NCBI GenBank assembly: GCA_963663475.2
Contig: CAXXJV010000001.1
Coordinates: forward strand, 1,120,001-1,184,000
Direction: 5' to 3'
Source of the DNA: Candidatus Cloacimonadales bacterium
GTDB lineage: Bacteria; Cloacimonadota; Cloacimonadia; Cloacimonadales; JAFGVF01
Length of the DNA: 64,000 bases
In this document: in pieces, positions 53,194 to 62,417 of the stretch
Layout: every line of letters begins with the position of its first letter
Numbering within the stretch: the stretch's first letter is position 1
Notes under the pieces: model-generated
What the model was told of the DNA's origin: nothing
What the model saw: only the letters and a program-made list of their open reading frames with translations
The model's database searches: none
Program-made: the position numbers and the translations under genes

Positions 53194-54615
53194 ATGAAAG
53201 ATAAACAAGATCTCACTCAAGGAAATATATTCAGAACAATCACAATGTTATCTTTACCTATAATGGCTCAATCATTCATACAAATGGCTTATAATATGAC
53301 TGATATGCTGTGGATAGGAAGGGTAGGTTCCGGAGCTGTAGCTGCAGTAGGAACTGCTGGCTTTCTTATCTGGTTCTCATTTGCTTTTATTATTATCGCC
53401 AAAATCGGAGCTGAAGTTGGTGTAGCTCAATCTATAGGTAAAAAGGATAGGCTTAAAGCTAGAGATTTTGCTAGGAATGCTTTGCAACTTACTATAATTT
53501 TTGCCTTTATTTATACTCTTGCTCTTGTTACTTTATCAAGAAGTTTAATTGGATTTTTTGATCTAGGTGATCCTCAGGTTGTAGCTGACTCGATTTCTTA
53601 TCTGAAGATTGTGGCATGGGGTATTGTTTTCACATTCATTAATCCAGTACTTTCTGGTATCTACAATGGTATGGGAAATAGTAAAACTCCTTTTTACATC
53701 AATGCTGTTGGGCTAGTTATTAATATAATATTAGATCCAATTTTAATTTTCGTATTTGATTTAGGTGTTGCTGGTGCTGCCTATGCAACAGTTTTTTCTC
53801 AAGCTATCGTAACCTTAATATTTATTCTACTCTTTAGAAGCTCATTAGCTCCTTTTGAAGAATTTCATTTCTTTAAAAAACCAATTCCTAGTGTTATGAG
53901 AGAAATCTTTAAGTTTGGTACTCCTATAGGACTACAATCAGGCTTATTTACTATTTTTGCAACCCTAATAGCTAAAATCATTGCTCAGTGGGGGCCAGTA
54001 CCCATTGCAGTACAAAAAGTAGGCTCACAAATAGAAGCTATATCCTGGATGACTGCTAGTGGATTTTCAACTGCTCTATCTTCATTTGTTGGACAAAACT
54101 ATGGAGCAGATAAATGGGATAGGATTTCCAAAGGTTATTATACTACTATTGCCCTTTCAGGTACTATAGGTATTATGGCCTCTCTCTTACTAATTTTCTT
54201 TGCTGAACCTATCTTCGTGGTCTTCATACCTAATGATCCTGAAGCACTTAGGATTGGAACCGATTACCTTCGCATTCTGGGTTTCTCTCAACTTTTCATG
54301 ACTTTGGAAATTACTTCTCAGGGTGCTTTTAATGGACTAGGAAAAACACTGCCTCCATCTTTAATCAGTATTATTTTTACTGGGGCAAGATTACCCCTAG
54401 CTTTAATCTTATCTGCATCAACCTTACTGGGTCTAAATGGTGTCTGGTGGTCAATTTCTATTAGTAGCATTTTTAAAGGAACTATCTTAGCTGGACTCTT
54501 TATCCTTTTGCTTAAGAGACATCCAGACCCTTGTAAACCAAATCTAATAAATCAAATTATCTTTAAATTTGATAGAAGGGCTTGGCAGGATAAACGGGGC
54601 TTATCTGGTAAATAA
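53194..54615 (+). CDS. MATE family efflux transporter
   Basis: About 12 TM; YNMTDMLWIG, NIILDP, GVAGAAYAT, VGQNYGA. Confidence 0.93.
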   Translation: MKDKQDLTQGNIFRTITMLSLPIMAQSFIQMAYNMTDMLWIGRVGSGAVAAVGTAGFLIWFSFAFIIIAKIGAEVGVAQSIGKKDRLKARDFARNALQLTIIFAFIYTLALVTLSRSLIGFFDLGDPQVVADSISYLKIVAWGIVFTFINPVLSGIYNGMGNSKTPFYINAVGLVINIILDPILIFVFDLGVAGAAYATVFSQAIVTLIFILLFRSSLAPFEEFHFFKKPIPSVMREIFKFGTPIGLQSGLFTIFATLIAKIIAQWGPVPIAVQKVGSQIEAISWMTASGFSTALSSFVGQNYGADKWDRISKGYYTTIALSGTIGIMASLLLIFFAEPIFVVFIPNDPEALRIGTDYLRILGFSQLFMTLEITSQGAFNGLGKTLPPSLISIIFTGARLPLALILSASTLLGLNGVWWSISISSIFKGTILAGLFILLLKRHPDPCKPNLINQIIFKFDRRAWQDKRGLSGK

Positions 54616-54682
54616 TCCTAAATAATGCAGTAGACCTTTGTAAATAGCACTATTCGCAAAGTTCTAATGCATTAATCGGGAT
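54615..54682. repeat. MITE family A, short hairpin form between convergent genes
   Basis: TAATGCAGTAGACCTTTG...CAAAGTTCTAATGCATTA. Confidence 0.7.
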
Positions 54683-54721
54683 AAATAATCAGAAAAGTCT
54701 TGTGAACGAGCCTTTACAATA

Positions 54722-55537
54722 TTAACTAAATAGAATTAAACTCGCTGCCATTACTACCATACCTGCTATCAAACCATAGATTGAGAGATGGTGTTTTCCA
54801 TACTTTTCACTAGTAGGAAGTAGTTCATCAAAGGATATATAGACCATAATGCCAGCGACTCCTGCAAAGATTATACCAAAAATTAAATCGTTAAGAAAGG
54901 GCATTAAGACTAAGAAGGCTAAAAGAGCTCCAACTGGTTCAGCTAATCCAGACATAAAGGAATACCAGAAAGACTTCTTCCGACTACCTGTTGCATAATA
55001 GATTGGAACTGATACTGCAATACCTTCTGGTATATTATGAATTGCTATCGCAACAGTAATTCCGATTCCAAGATAAGGATCTTTCAAGGCAGAAGTAAAA
55101 GTAGCTATCCCTTCAGGAAAATTATGGATGGCTATGGCCAAGGCTGACATCAACCCCATCCTCATTAGATTCTTATCTCTGTTTTTGGGAACCATAGATT
55201 CTACTGATTTTATCTCATGCGGATTTTCATATTCTGGTACTAACCTATCAATTAAGGCTATTAAAGCCATACCTCCAAAAAAAGACAGAACAGTTATTAG
55301 ATATGACATCTGGGGTATTGTGCAACATGATGCTAAAGCAGCCTTAGCTTTAGGAAAAATTTCTATCATTGATACATAAATCATAACTCCTGCAGAAAAA
55401 CCTAAAGAAACTGATAAAAAAGTAGTGTTTGTTTTTTTAGCAAATAAGGCTATCAAGGAACCAATACCTGTTGATAGACCAGCAAACATTGTTAAGCTTA
55501 GAGCGAATAAAATAGTCGAAGTTGATACATTTTCCAT
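54722..55537 (-). CDS. zupT: ZIP family zinc transporter
   Basis: [11 protein letters not shown], two HNxPEG motifs, GLAEP. Confidence 0.93.
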   Translation of the reverse strand: MENVSTSTILFALSLTMFAGLSTGIGSLIALFAKKTNTTFLSVSLGFSAGVMIYVSMIEIFPKAKAALASCCTIPQMSYLITVLSFFGGMALIALIDRLVPEYENPHEIKSVESMVPKNRDKNLMRMGLMSALAIAIHNFPEGIATFTSALKDPYLGIGITVAIAIHNIPEGIAVSVPIYYATGSRKKSFWYSFMSGLAEPVGALLAFLVLMPFLNDLIFGIIFAGVAGIMVYISFDELLPTSEKYGKHHLSIYGLIAGMVVMAASLILFS

Positions 55538-55662
55538 CAAAAAATCTCCTAATTAATTTATTGAAAATATAGCCATGATAAACCTTTTAAGCAAGTTATT
55601 TTCTTTTTTCTTTACATATTTGCCATATTAAAATTTTGGTAAAGAAAAAAAATGAGGGATTA

Positions 55663-56568
55663 ATGGAAAAATTAAAATTATATAGCTTTGCAGTTTTATC
55701 CATGTTGTTTTGGAGCTCTACATTCGTATGGTTCAAAATAGCTTACGAGAATTTTCAACCTTTAACTATAATATTTCTGAGACTATTACTTGCAGGTCTT
55801 CTTCTTGAAGTATATGTAAGAATTTTTAAAAAACATCAAAAAATAAAAAAAGAAGATTTTAAAATATTCCTCTTATTATCATTCTGTGAACCCTTTCTCT
55901 ATTTTTTAGGTGAAAGTTTTGGATTAATGTTCATCTCTGCAACTTTAGGGTCTTTAATAATTTCAACAATACCACTTTTTACTCCAATTTTTACCTATAT
56001 CTTCCTAAAAGAAAAATTAGGTATGTGGGGAATTATTGGCCTTTTAATCTCTTTTGCAGGACTACTTTTTATAATTTTAGATAATGCCGATTTATCAGGC
56101 TCTATCTGGGGAGTATTGCTAGAATTCTTTGCTGTTTTCTCTGGGATAGCCTACGGAATAGTCGTCAAGAAATTAACTCATAAGTATTCTTCTACAACGA
56201 TTGTAAAAGTTCAAAGTCAGCTGGGAGCTCTCTACTTTTTACCCTTATTCTTATTTTTTGATTGGTCTAAATTTATAGCAATTGACCATTCTTTTCAAGT
56301 ATATTTAGTGATAATTAAACTATCACTCTTTGGTTCAGTAGGAGCATTTATTCTTTTTACTGAAGTTGTAAAAGGCATGGGGCCTAATATTGCTAACATG
56401 TTCACTAACCTAATCCCTGTTTTCACCGCTGTGATTGCCTTTTTCTTGTTGGATGAGCTGATTACACCTATAAAGGTTATTGGTATTGTTACTGTTATTA
56501 TAGGACTCTTCATATCCCAATTTAAAGGTAAATATTGGAAGTTTAGATTCCGTCCAGAGAAGGGTTAA
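55663..56568 (+). CDS. DMT/EamA family transporter
   Basis: About 10 TM, duplicated EamA pattern; likely ATG at 55663. Confidence 0.88.
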   Translation: MEKLKLYSFAVLSMLFWSSTFVWFKIAYENFQPLTIIFLRLLLAGLLLEVYVRIFKKHQKIKKEDFKIFLLLSFCEPFLYFLGESFGLMFISATLGSLIISTIPLFTPIFTYIFLKEKLGMWGIIGLLISFAGLLFIILDNADLSGSIWGVLLEFFAVFSGIAYGIVVKKLTHKYSSTTIVKVQSQLGALYFLPLFLFFDWSKFIAIDHSFQVYLVIIKLSLFGSVGAFILFTEVVKGMGPNIANMFTNLIPVFTAVIAFFLLDELITPIKVIGIVTVIIGLFISQFKGKYWKFRFRPEKG

Positions 56569-56569
56569 T

Positions 56570-57391
56570 ATGTTATTTCTTATTCTAAGTATTCTGGCCT
56601 CTGTTGCCATAGGAAATTTGCTTCACTTCTACAAAAGTAAAGATTCACAGCTCAAAGTGCTTCAAGTTTTTCTAGGCAACTACTTGGTAGCTAGTATAGT
56701 GTCCTTCCTAATGATTGATAAGATAGATTATCAAATAGCTCCTCTTGATATAGTTTTAGGTGGTATTTTCGGGATAATGTTCTTACTAAACTTCATAATT
56801 TTTCAATCTAATATTGTTAAAAATGGTATGTCAATTAGTATCTCAGTAATGCGAGTATCTGTTCTTGTACCAATTTTGGTATCGATAGTTTTCTTTAAGG
56901 AGAGTCTACCATTATTAAATTATCTTGGAATATTTATTGTCTTATTTGCCTTCGTTTTAATGGGAAAGTCTTCAAGTATAAGACATAAAATTAGCTTGTT
57001 AGTCCTTTTCGCAATTACTGGATTTACTGAAATTGGTATGAAACTTTTTCATGAAATAGCCTCAGCTCCAGACAATCAAATGCTTTTTTATCTATTTACT
57101 TCTGCTTTCCTAGTAAATTTAGCTATCTTGGTTCAAAGAAAAGAAAAGCTTCAACTTAAGTATATTGGGGCAGGTTTATTGTTAGGAATACCTAATCAAC
57201 TCACCTCTTATTTTTTCCTGATAGGTCTAAATAGTGTAGAAGCTGCTATTGCTTATCCCTTTGTCTCATCTAATGTTGTATTACTCGGATTTATAACTGA
57301 TAAATATCTCTGGAAAAGTAGATTTTCCACTTATCAATACATCATATTTGCCTTGATTTTAGTGGGAATAATTTTGATAAATATCAGATAA
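56570..57391 (+). CDS. DMT superfamily membrane protein
   Basis: About 10 TM, FFKE motif. Confidence 0.8.
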   Translation: MLFLILSILASVAIGNLLHFYKSKDSQLKVLQVFLGNYLVASIVSFLMIDKIDYQIAPLDIVLGGIFGIMFLLNFIIFQSNIVKNGMSISISVMRVSVLVPILVSIVFFKESLPLLNYLGIFIVLFAFVLMGKSSSIRHKISLLVLFAITGFTEIGMKLFHEIASAPDNQMLFYLFTSAFLVNLAILVQRKEKLQLKYIGAGLLLGIPNQLTSYFFLIGLNSVEAAIAYPFVSSNVVLLGFITDKYLWKSRFSTYQYIIFALILVGIILINIR

Positions 57392-57457
57392 TAAGAGTAT
57401 ATATCCTATGTGATAAGCCTATTTAGATTTATAAATTGAAAAAAGTATAAAAAAAGT

Positions 57458-57498
57458 TTGACATAATATCTGCTAAAATTATGTTAGTAATATCTAAC
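57458..57498 (+). promoter_or_regulatory. feoA promoter with a DtxR/MntR-like operator
   Basis: TTGACA at 57458; palindrome GTTAG-taatat-CTAAC at 57483-57498 overlapping the -10/start region. Confidence 0.6.
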
Positions 57499-57514
57499 TT
57501 ATTAAGAGGTGATT

Positions 57515-57850
57515 ATGAATAGTGAAAAGCAATTATCACTTAAAGATATCCCTATGGGGAATCGGGTCGAAATAGTAGGCTATGCCAATATTGATAAAGA
57601 ATATAGGCAAAAATTATTCAGTTTAGGCTTGATTCGAGGTGAAGTTCTTAGAGTAACCAAGAAAGCACCACTTGGTGACCCTATAGAAGTATGCCTAAAT
57701 GGATCAAAAGTCTCTTTAAGAAAAGAAGAAGCAAAAGAATTAATTGTTGAACTTAGAGAACCTTGTGGAAGAAATGGACACAAGTCTAAACACCATGGCC
57801 ATGGTGGAAAAAGAGGCAGTTTTGGCTGGGGTCGTTTTTTTCATAAATAG
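57515..57850 (+). CDS. feoA: FeoA family protein with His/Gly-rich tail
   Basis: KLFSLGL, APLGDPIE, SLRKEEA. Confidence 0.9.
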   Translation: MNSEKQLSLKDIPMGNRVEIVGYANIDKEYRQKLFSLGLIRGEVLRVTKKAPLGDPIEVCLNGSKVSLRKEEAKELIVELREPCGRNGHKSKHHGHGGKRGSFGWGRFFHK

Positions 57851-57888
57851 CTGTCTAGAATATTAAATATTATAAAAAAAAACAATAT

Positions 57889-57913
57889 AAAAAGGGCTTT
57901 TGCCCTTTTTTTA
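57889..57913 (+). terminator. Intrinsic terminator
   Basis: AAAAAGGGC-tttt-GCCCTTTTTTT. Confidence 0.85.
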
Positions 57914-57981
57914 TGCCAATCTCAAAATAAAATTTGACAATTATACACTAAACAAAAATATAAAATGAATAAAAATATGGG

Positions 57982-58509
57982 ATGTGTATGTCAAAAACTC
58001 AAGAAATTATCAAATTACTAAATTTAGAGAAACACCCTCTAGAAGGGGGATATTATAAAAGAACTTATACTTCTAAGTTTAAAAGTTTCTTTTCTGGCCT
58101 TGGAGAAGAAAGATTCCTTGCTTCAGCTATTTATTATCTTTTTGATGAAAATTTAGTATCTAGACCACATTCCTTAAAACAGGATGAGATTTGGCACTTT
58201 TATAGTGGAAGTCAAATTGAAGTTCTCTTAATATATCCTGATAATATATCTGAAATGGTTACCATGGGCTCAGATATTCTTAGAGGAGATATACCTCAAT
58301 TAATTATCCCTGCTGGAAGCATTTTTTCAGCAAAACTTAAAAAAGGGGGAGATTATGCTCTAATAGGAGCAAGTCTATCTCCAGCCTTTGATTATGAAGA
58401 TTATCAAGATGGAGATATCTTAGATTTGATTAATAAATTTCCCCAACATGGTGACTTTCTTAAAAGTTGCCTACCTAGAAGAGAGGCAAAATATGAAAAA
58501 ACTCTTTAA
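57982..58509 (+). CDS. Cupin DUF985-like protein
   Basis: LEKHPLEGGYY, AIYY, DEIWHFYSG, PAFDYED. Confidence 0.88.
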   Translation: MCMSKTQEIIKLLNLEKHPLEGGYYKRTYTSKFKSFFSGLGEERFLASAIYYLFDENLVSRPHSLKQDEIWHFYSGSQIEVLLIYPDNISEMVTMGSDILRGDIPQLIIPAGSIFSAKLKKGGDYALIGASLSPAFDYEDYQDGDILDLINKFPQHGDFLKSCLPRREAKYEKTL

Positions 58510-59740
58510 AGATGTAAAAATTAATAATGAAATAAAAGATTTGTTAGTAATAGATAATAAAATTGAAAAAATATCTACTTCAATTCCACAAACTGATTGC
58601 CAAATATATCATGCTGATAAAAAAATAATCCTACCTAGCTTTGCTAATGGTCATACTCATGCCGCTATGACCCTTCTACGAGGTTATGCAGATGACTTAG
58701 ACCTATTCGATTGGTTAAGCAATTATATTTGGCCCTTAGAAGCTAAACTAACAGAAGATCACGTTTATTGGGGAACTCGGCTTGCTTGTTTAGAGATGAT
58801 AAAAACAGGTACTAGTTGCTTTAATGATATGTATTGGCATAGCCAAGCCTCTGCCCAAGCAGTTAAAGATTCTGGAATAAGAGCTATCTTATCACAAGTT
58901 TTTATCGATAACCATAAGCCCCAAGAAAGTAAGAAGCAAATTAAAAAAGCAGAAATCTTTTTCCAAAACAATCAAGATAGTGAGAGAATTCAATATGCCC
59001 TAGGGCCTCATGCTATTTATACTGTTTCAGAAGAATCCTTAGTCTGGATTAAATATTTTGCTCAAAATAATGATAGATTAATCCATATTCATGTAGCTGA
59101 GACAAAAAAGGAAGTAGAGGATTGCCAAGCAAAACATGGTATGACACCTATAGAATATCTTAGTTCCTTAGGTTTGCTGTCTGAGAGAAGTTTGCTTGCC
59201 CACTGTGTCTGGCTTACAGATAGAGATATTGATCTTATTGCAGACTCTGGAGCTAGTATATTACATAATCCTTCTTCTAATCTAAAATTAGCTTCTGGCT
59301 ATTTCCCCCTTAAAAAGCTAAAAGATAAAGGCGTTAGAATTGCTCTTTCTACCGATGGCTGTTCTTCAAATAATAATTTGTCTATTTTAGAAGAGATGAA
59401 GTTTGCAGCCTTAATACCCAAATATCTCGAAATGGACCCTAAACTTTATCCAGCTGATCAGGTTTTTCATGACGCCACTGCCTCTGCTTTTGCCGCTTTG
59501 AGAATTAATGCTGGGAAAATTGAAGAAGGTAAGTTAGCTGATTTTATCTTAATAGATGAAAACTTCTTAATGACTCCTAATTATAATACTATTTCTAATT
59601 TGGTTTATAGTGCTGATTCATCTTGCGTGGATAGTCTGGTTTGTAATGGGAAAGTAATAATGAACAAGAAAAAGGTTAAAGATGAAGAATTAATCTTACA
59701 AAAAGTAAATGAGATTTCTAAAAAACTAACTAATAAATGA
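58493..59740 (+). CDS. mtaD: Amidohydrolase, 5-methylthioadenosine/SAH deaminase-like
   Basis: NGHTHAAMTLLRG, PHAIYT, HIHVAET, AHCV, TDG..SNN. Confidence 0.8.
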   Translation: MKKLFKDVKINNEIKDLLVIDNKIEKISTSIPQTDCQIYHADKKIILPSFANGHTHAAMTLLRGYADDLDLFDWLSNYIWPLEAKLTEDHVYWGTRLACLEMIKTGTSCFNDMYWHSQASAQAVKDSGIRAILSQVFIDNHKPQESKKQIKKAEIFFQNNQDSERIQYALGPHAIYTVSEESLVWIKYFAQNNDRLIHIHVAETKKEVEDCQAKHGMTPIEYLSSLGLLSERSLLAHCVWLTDRDIDLIADSGASILHNPSSNLKLASGYFPLKKLKDKGVRIALSTDGCSSNNNLSILEEMKFAALIPKYLEMDPKLYPADQVFHDATASAFAALRINAGKIEEGKLADFILIDENFLMTPNYNTISNLVYSADSSCVDSLVCNGKVIMNKKKVKDEELILQKVNEISKKLTNK

Positions 59741-59747
59741 GGGAATT

Positions 59748-59960
59748 ATGTCTAAAAGAGTTAAAATTAGTTTAATATCATCTGCAATACTCTACGTAAT
59801 TGTTGTTTTGCTAAGCTTGATATTTCCTGTAATGAGTTTTTATAACAGAAAGATTGACATATTTGTAGTAACTTTTATTTCGTGCCTTGTATTTTATGTT
59901 TTTACCTACCTCTTAATAAGAGGTTTAGAAAAACGAGATGAAAAGAGGAATAAACAATGA
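59748..59960 (+). CDS. Small two-TM membrane protein
   Basis: GAGGGA RBS; translationally coupled to rpiB. Confidence 0.7.
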   Translation: MSKRVKISLISSAILYVIVVLLSLIFPVMSFYNRKIDIFVVTFISCLVFYVFTYLLIRGLEKRDEKRNKQ

Positions 59961-60397
59961 AAATAATATTAGCTGCTGATCATGGTGGATTCGAATTAAA
60001 AGAGATTATTAAGGAACACTTATCCTCAAATTATGAGATAGTAGATCTAGGAACCCATAATAATGATTCAGTCGATTATCCTGATTATGGGATTAAAGCT
60101 GGCCAAGCTCTTATGGCTGGTCAAGCTGATAAGGCTATAATCTTTTGTGGAACTGGTATCGGAATAAGTATTGCTGCTAATAAAGTCCCTGGTGTGAGAG
60201 CTGCTCTCTGCCACAATGTAGAATATGCTAAACTGTCCAGACAGCATAATGACGCTAATATTCTTGCTCTTGGTGGAAGATTTCTTGCTCCTGATCAAGC
60301 AAAAGATATTGTAAATGCTTGGCTAACCACAGACTTCGAAGGTGATAGACATCAAAAAAGATTAAATAAAATAAACGTATATGAGAGGAAACAATAA
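59957..60397 (+). CDS. rpiB: Ribose-5-phosphate isomerase B
   Basis: ADHGG, VDYPD, CGTGIG, RQHNDAN, RH..R. Confidence 0.96.
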   Translation: MKIILAADHGGFELKEIIKEHLSSNYEIVDLGTHNNDSVDYPDYGIKAGQALMAGQADKAIIFCGTGIGISIAANKVPGVRAALCHNVEYAKLSRQHNDANILALGGRFLAPDQAKDIVNAWLTTDFEGDRHQKRLNKINVYERKQ

Positions 60398-61695
60398 TGA
60401 AACACATTAAGTCTTATGATCCTGAATTATTTGAAGCTATGAATGATGAATTAATTCGTCAAACCGAAAACTTAGAGTTAATCGCTTCTGAGAACTTTAC
60501 CTCTATGGCTGTTCTTGAAGCTCAAGGTTCTGTTTTAACAAATAAATACGCTGAAGGATATCCTTATAGAGTATCTAAAAAAACTGGTAAAAGATCCTAT
60601 AAACTTTACGGCCGTTATTATGGCGGTTGTGAAAATGTAGATATTGTTGAAAAACTAGCTATTGAAAGAGCTAAAGAACTTTTTGGTGCTGACCATGCTA
60701 ATGTTCAACCTCATTCTGGTTCTCAAGCTAATATGGGAGCTTATTTTTCTGTCCTAAAACCAGGAGATACTATTCTTACTCTTGAATTATCTCATGGTGG
60801 TCACTTGACTCATGGTCATCCTCTCTCATTCTCTGGACAGCTTTATAATGTTGTTCATTATACTGTAGATCAAAAAACTGAAATGTTTGACTATGATCAA
60901 ATCAGAAAATTAGCCTTAGAACATAAACCAGCTCTTATCGTGACTGGCGCTTCTGCTTATCCAAGAAAAATTGATTTCCAAAAATTCAGAGATATCTGTG
61001 ATGAAGTCGGTGCTAAATTTATGGTAGATATGGCCCATATCGCTGGTCTTGTCGCAGCAGGTGTTCACGATAATCCTGTTCCTTATGCTGACTTGGTTAC
61101 TACTACTACTCATAAAACATTAAGAGGACCACGTTCTGGTCTAATTCTCTGTAAAGAAGAATATGCAGCTGCTGTTGATGCTAATGTTTTCCCTGGTATT
61201 CAAGGTGGACCACTAGAACATGTTATCGCAGCTAAAGCTGTTGCTTTCAAAGAAGCTTTATCACCAGAATTTAAAACTTACCAACAACAAGTTGTTAAAA
61301 ATGCTGCTAGATTAGCTGAAGAACTAAAAAATAACGGTTTTGAATTAGTCTCAGGTGGCACAGACAACCATCTGCTTCTTATTAATCTTGGTGATAAAGA
61401 CTCAGATAACCCTTCTGGAAAAGCTATGGAAGGTGCATTAGATAAAGCAGGTATCACTGCCAATAAAAATACTGTACCTTTTGATACTCGCTCTCCTTTC
61501 GTTGCTTCTGGCATCAGAATTGGTACTCCTGCAGTTACTACTCGTGGTATGAAGGAAGATGATATGAAAGCTATTGCTGATTTTATCAAAAGAGTATATG
61601 ATAACCATAAAGATGAAGAGATGCTCGCAGAAATTAAAAAAGAAGTAAAAGAATTTACTTCAAAATTTCCACTCTACCCTGAACTGTTAAAATAA
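60397..61695 (+). CDS. glyA: Serine hydroxymethyltransferase
   Basis: [32 protein letters not shown]. Confidence 0.98.
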   Translation: MKHIKSYDPELFEAMNDELIRQTENLELIASENFTSMAVLEAQGSVLTNKYAEGYPYRVSKKTGKRSYKLYGRYYGGCENVDIVEKLAIERAKELFGADHANVQPHSGSQANMGAYFSVLKPGDTILTLELSHGGHLTHGHPLSFSGQLYNVVHYTVDQKTEMFDYDQIRKLALEHKPALIVTGASAYPRKIDFQKFRDICDEVGAKFMVDMAHIAGLVAAGVHDNPVPYADLVTTTTHKTLRGPRSGLILCKEEYAAAVDANVFPGIQGGPLEHVIAAKAVAFKEALSPEFKTYQQQVVKNAARLAEELKNNGFELVSGGTDNHLLLINLGDKDSDNPSGKAMEGALDKAGITANKNTVPFDTRSPFVASGIRIGTPAVTTRGMKEDDMKAIADFIKRVYDNHKDEEMLAEIKKEVKEFTSKFPLYPELLK

Positions 61696-61711
61696 TTATC
61701 AAAAAATTACT

Positions 61712-61745
61712 AGAAAAGAGCAGGTTTTTTGACCTGCTCTTTCTT
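61712..61745 (+). terminator. Intrinsic terminator after glyA
   Basis: AAAGAGCAGGT / ACCTGCTCTTT. Confidence 0.8.
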
Positions 61746-61779
61746 ATTTAAATAAATATTTTTTTACTGAATTAAAGTT

Positions 61780-61795
61780 TGGAACGCATCTTGCA
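61780..61795 (+). promoter_or_regulatory. Sigma54 (-24/-12) promoter
   Basis: TGGAAC-GCATC-TTGCA versus consensus TGGCAC-N5-TTGCW, with exact GG-N10-GC spacing. Confidence 0.7.
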
Positions 61796-61805
61796 TATTA
61801 ATATA

Positions 61806-61938
61806 TTAGTTTTCAGAGTTAGTCACTCGAAAATCTTTAGCATTCTCCCCGGATGCTAAATTCTCTCAAATGTGCTTAGTGTGGGATTTACAGTTAAAGA
61901 TAGTGTGGTGGTATCTTTAATGTGTAAATCCCTTTTTT
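61806..61938 (+). ncRNA. Candidate sigma54-dependent small RNA (~130 nt)
   Basis: Promoter, three hairpins and a U-tail terminator; no RBS-led ORF. Confidence 0.6.
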
Positions 61939-62417
61939 ATTATTATCCATATCTGATTTCTAATTGATGTAACTATCATAAATATAAAGAATTAAGTATC
62001 TTCTATTGCTGGTTGATAAATCACCTTTATACTATTAATAATTGCAGAGAACTTTTCATATTAATCTTCTTATGTAACTTGTATTAATCAGAACAATTTT
62101 TGCCAAAGATTTTTTACAAATAAACCACCTATCATGACTAAAATTATTAACTGTGTACTGTGTAAACATAGTAGATGATTGTATCATGTGTTTACTAAAC
62201 TATGTTTACTCTTGTCTCTTTTGGATAAAACAAAGATATTAATCGATATAAAAATATTTAAAAAATGCAGAAATAAACTTTCCCTCTAATTGAGTATAAA
62301 AAAAATAACAAAAAAAATGCAAAAAAAGAAATTTTGCTATTGACAGAATTTTTTAATAGTTAGTAAAATGACACTGTAAAGATAAACACATAAAACTAAG
62401 TCAAAGGAGAATATATT

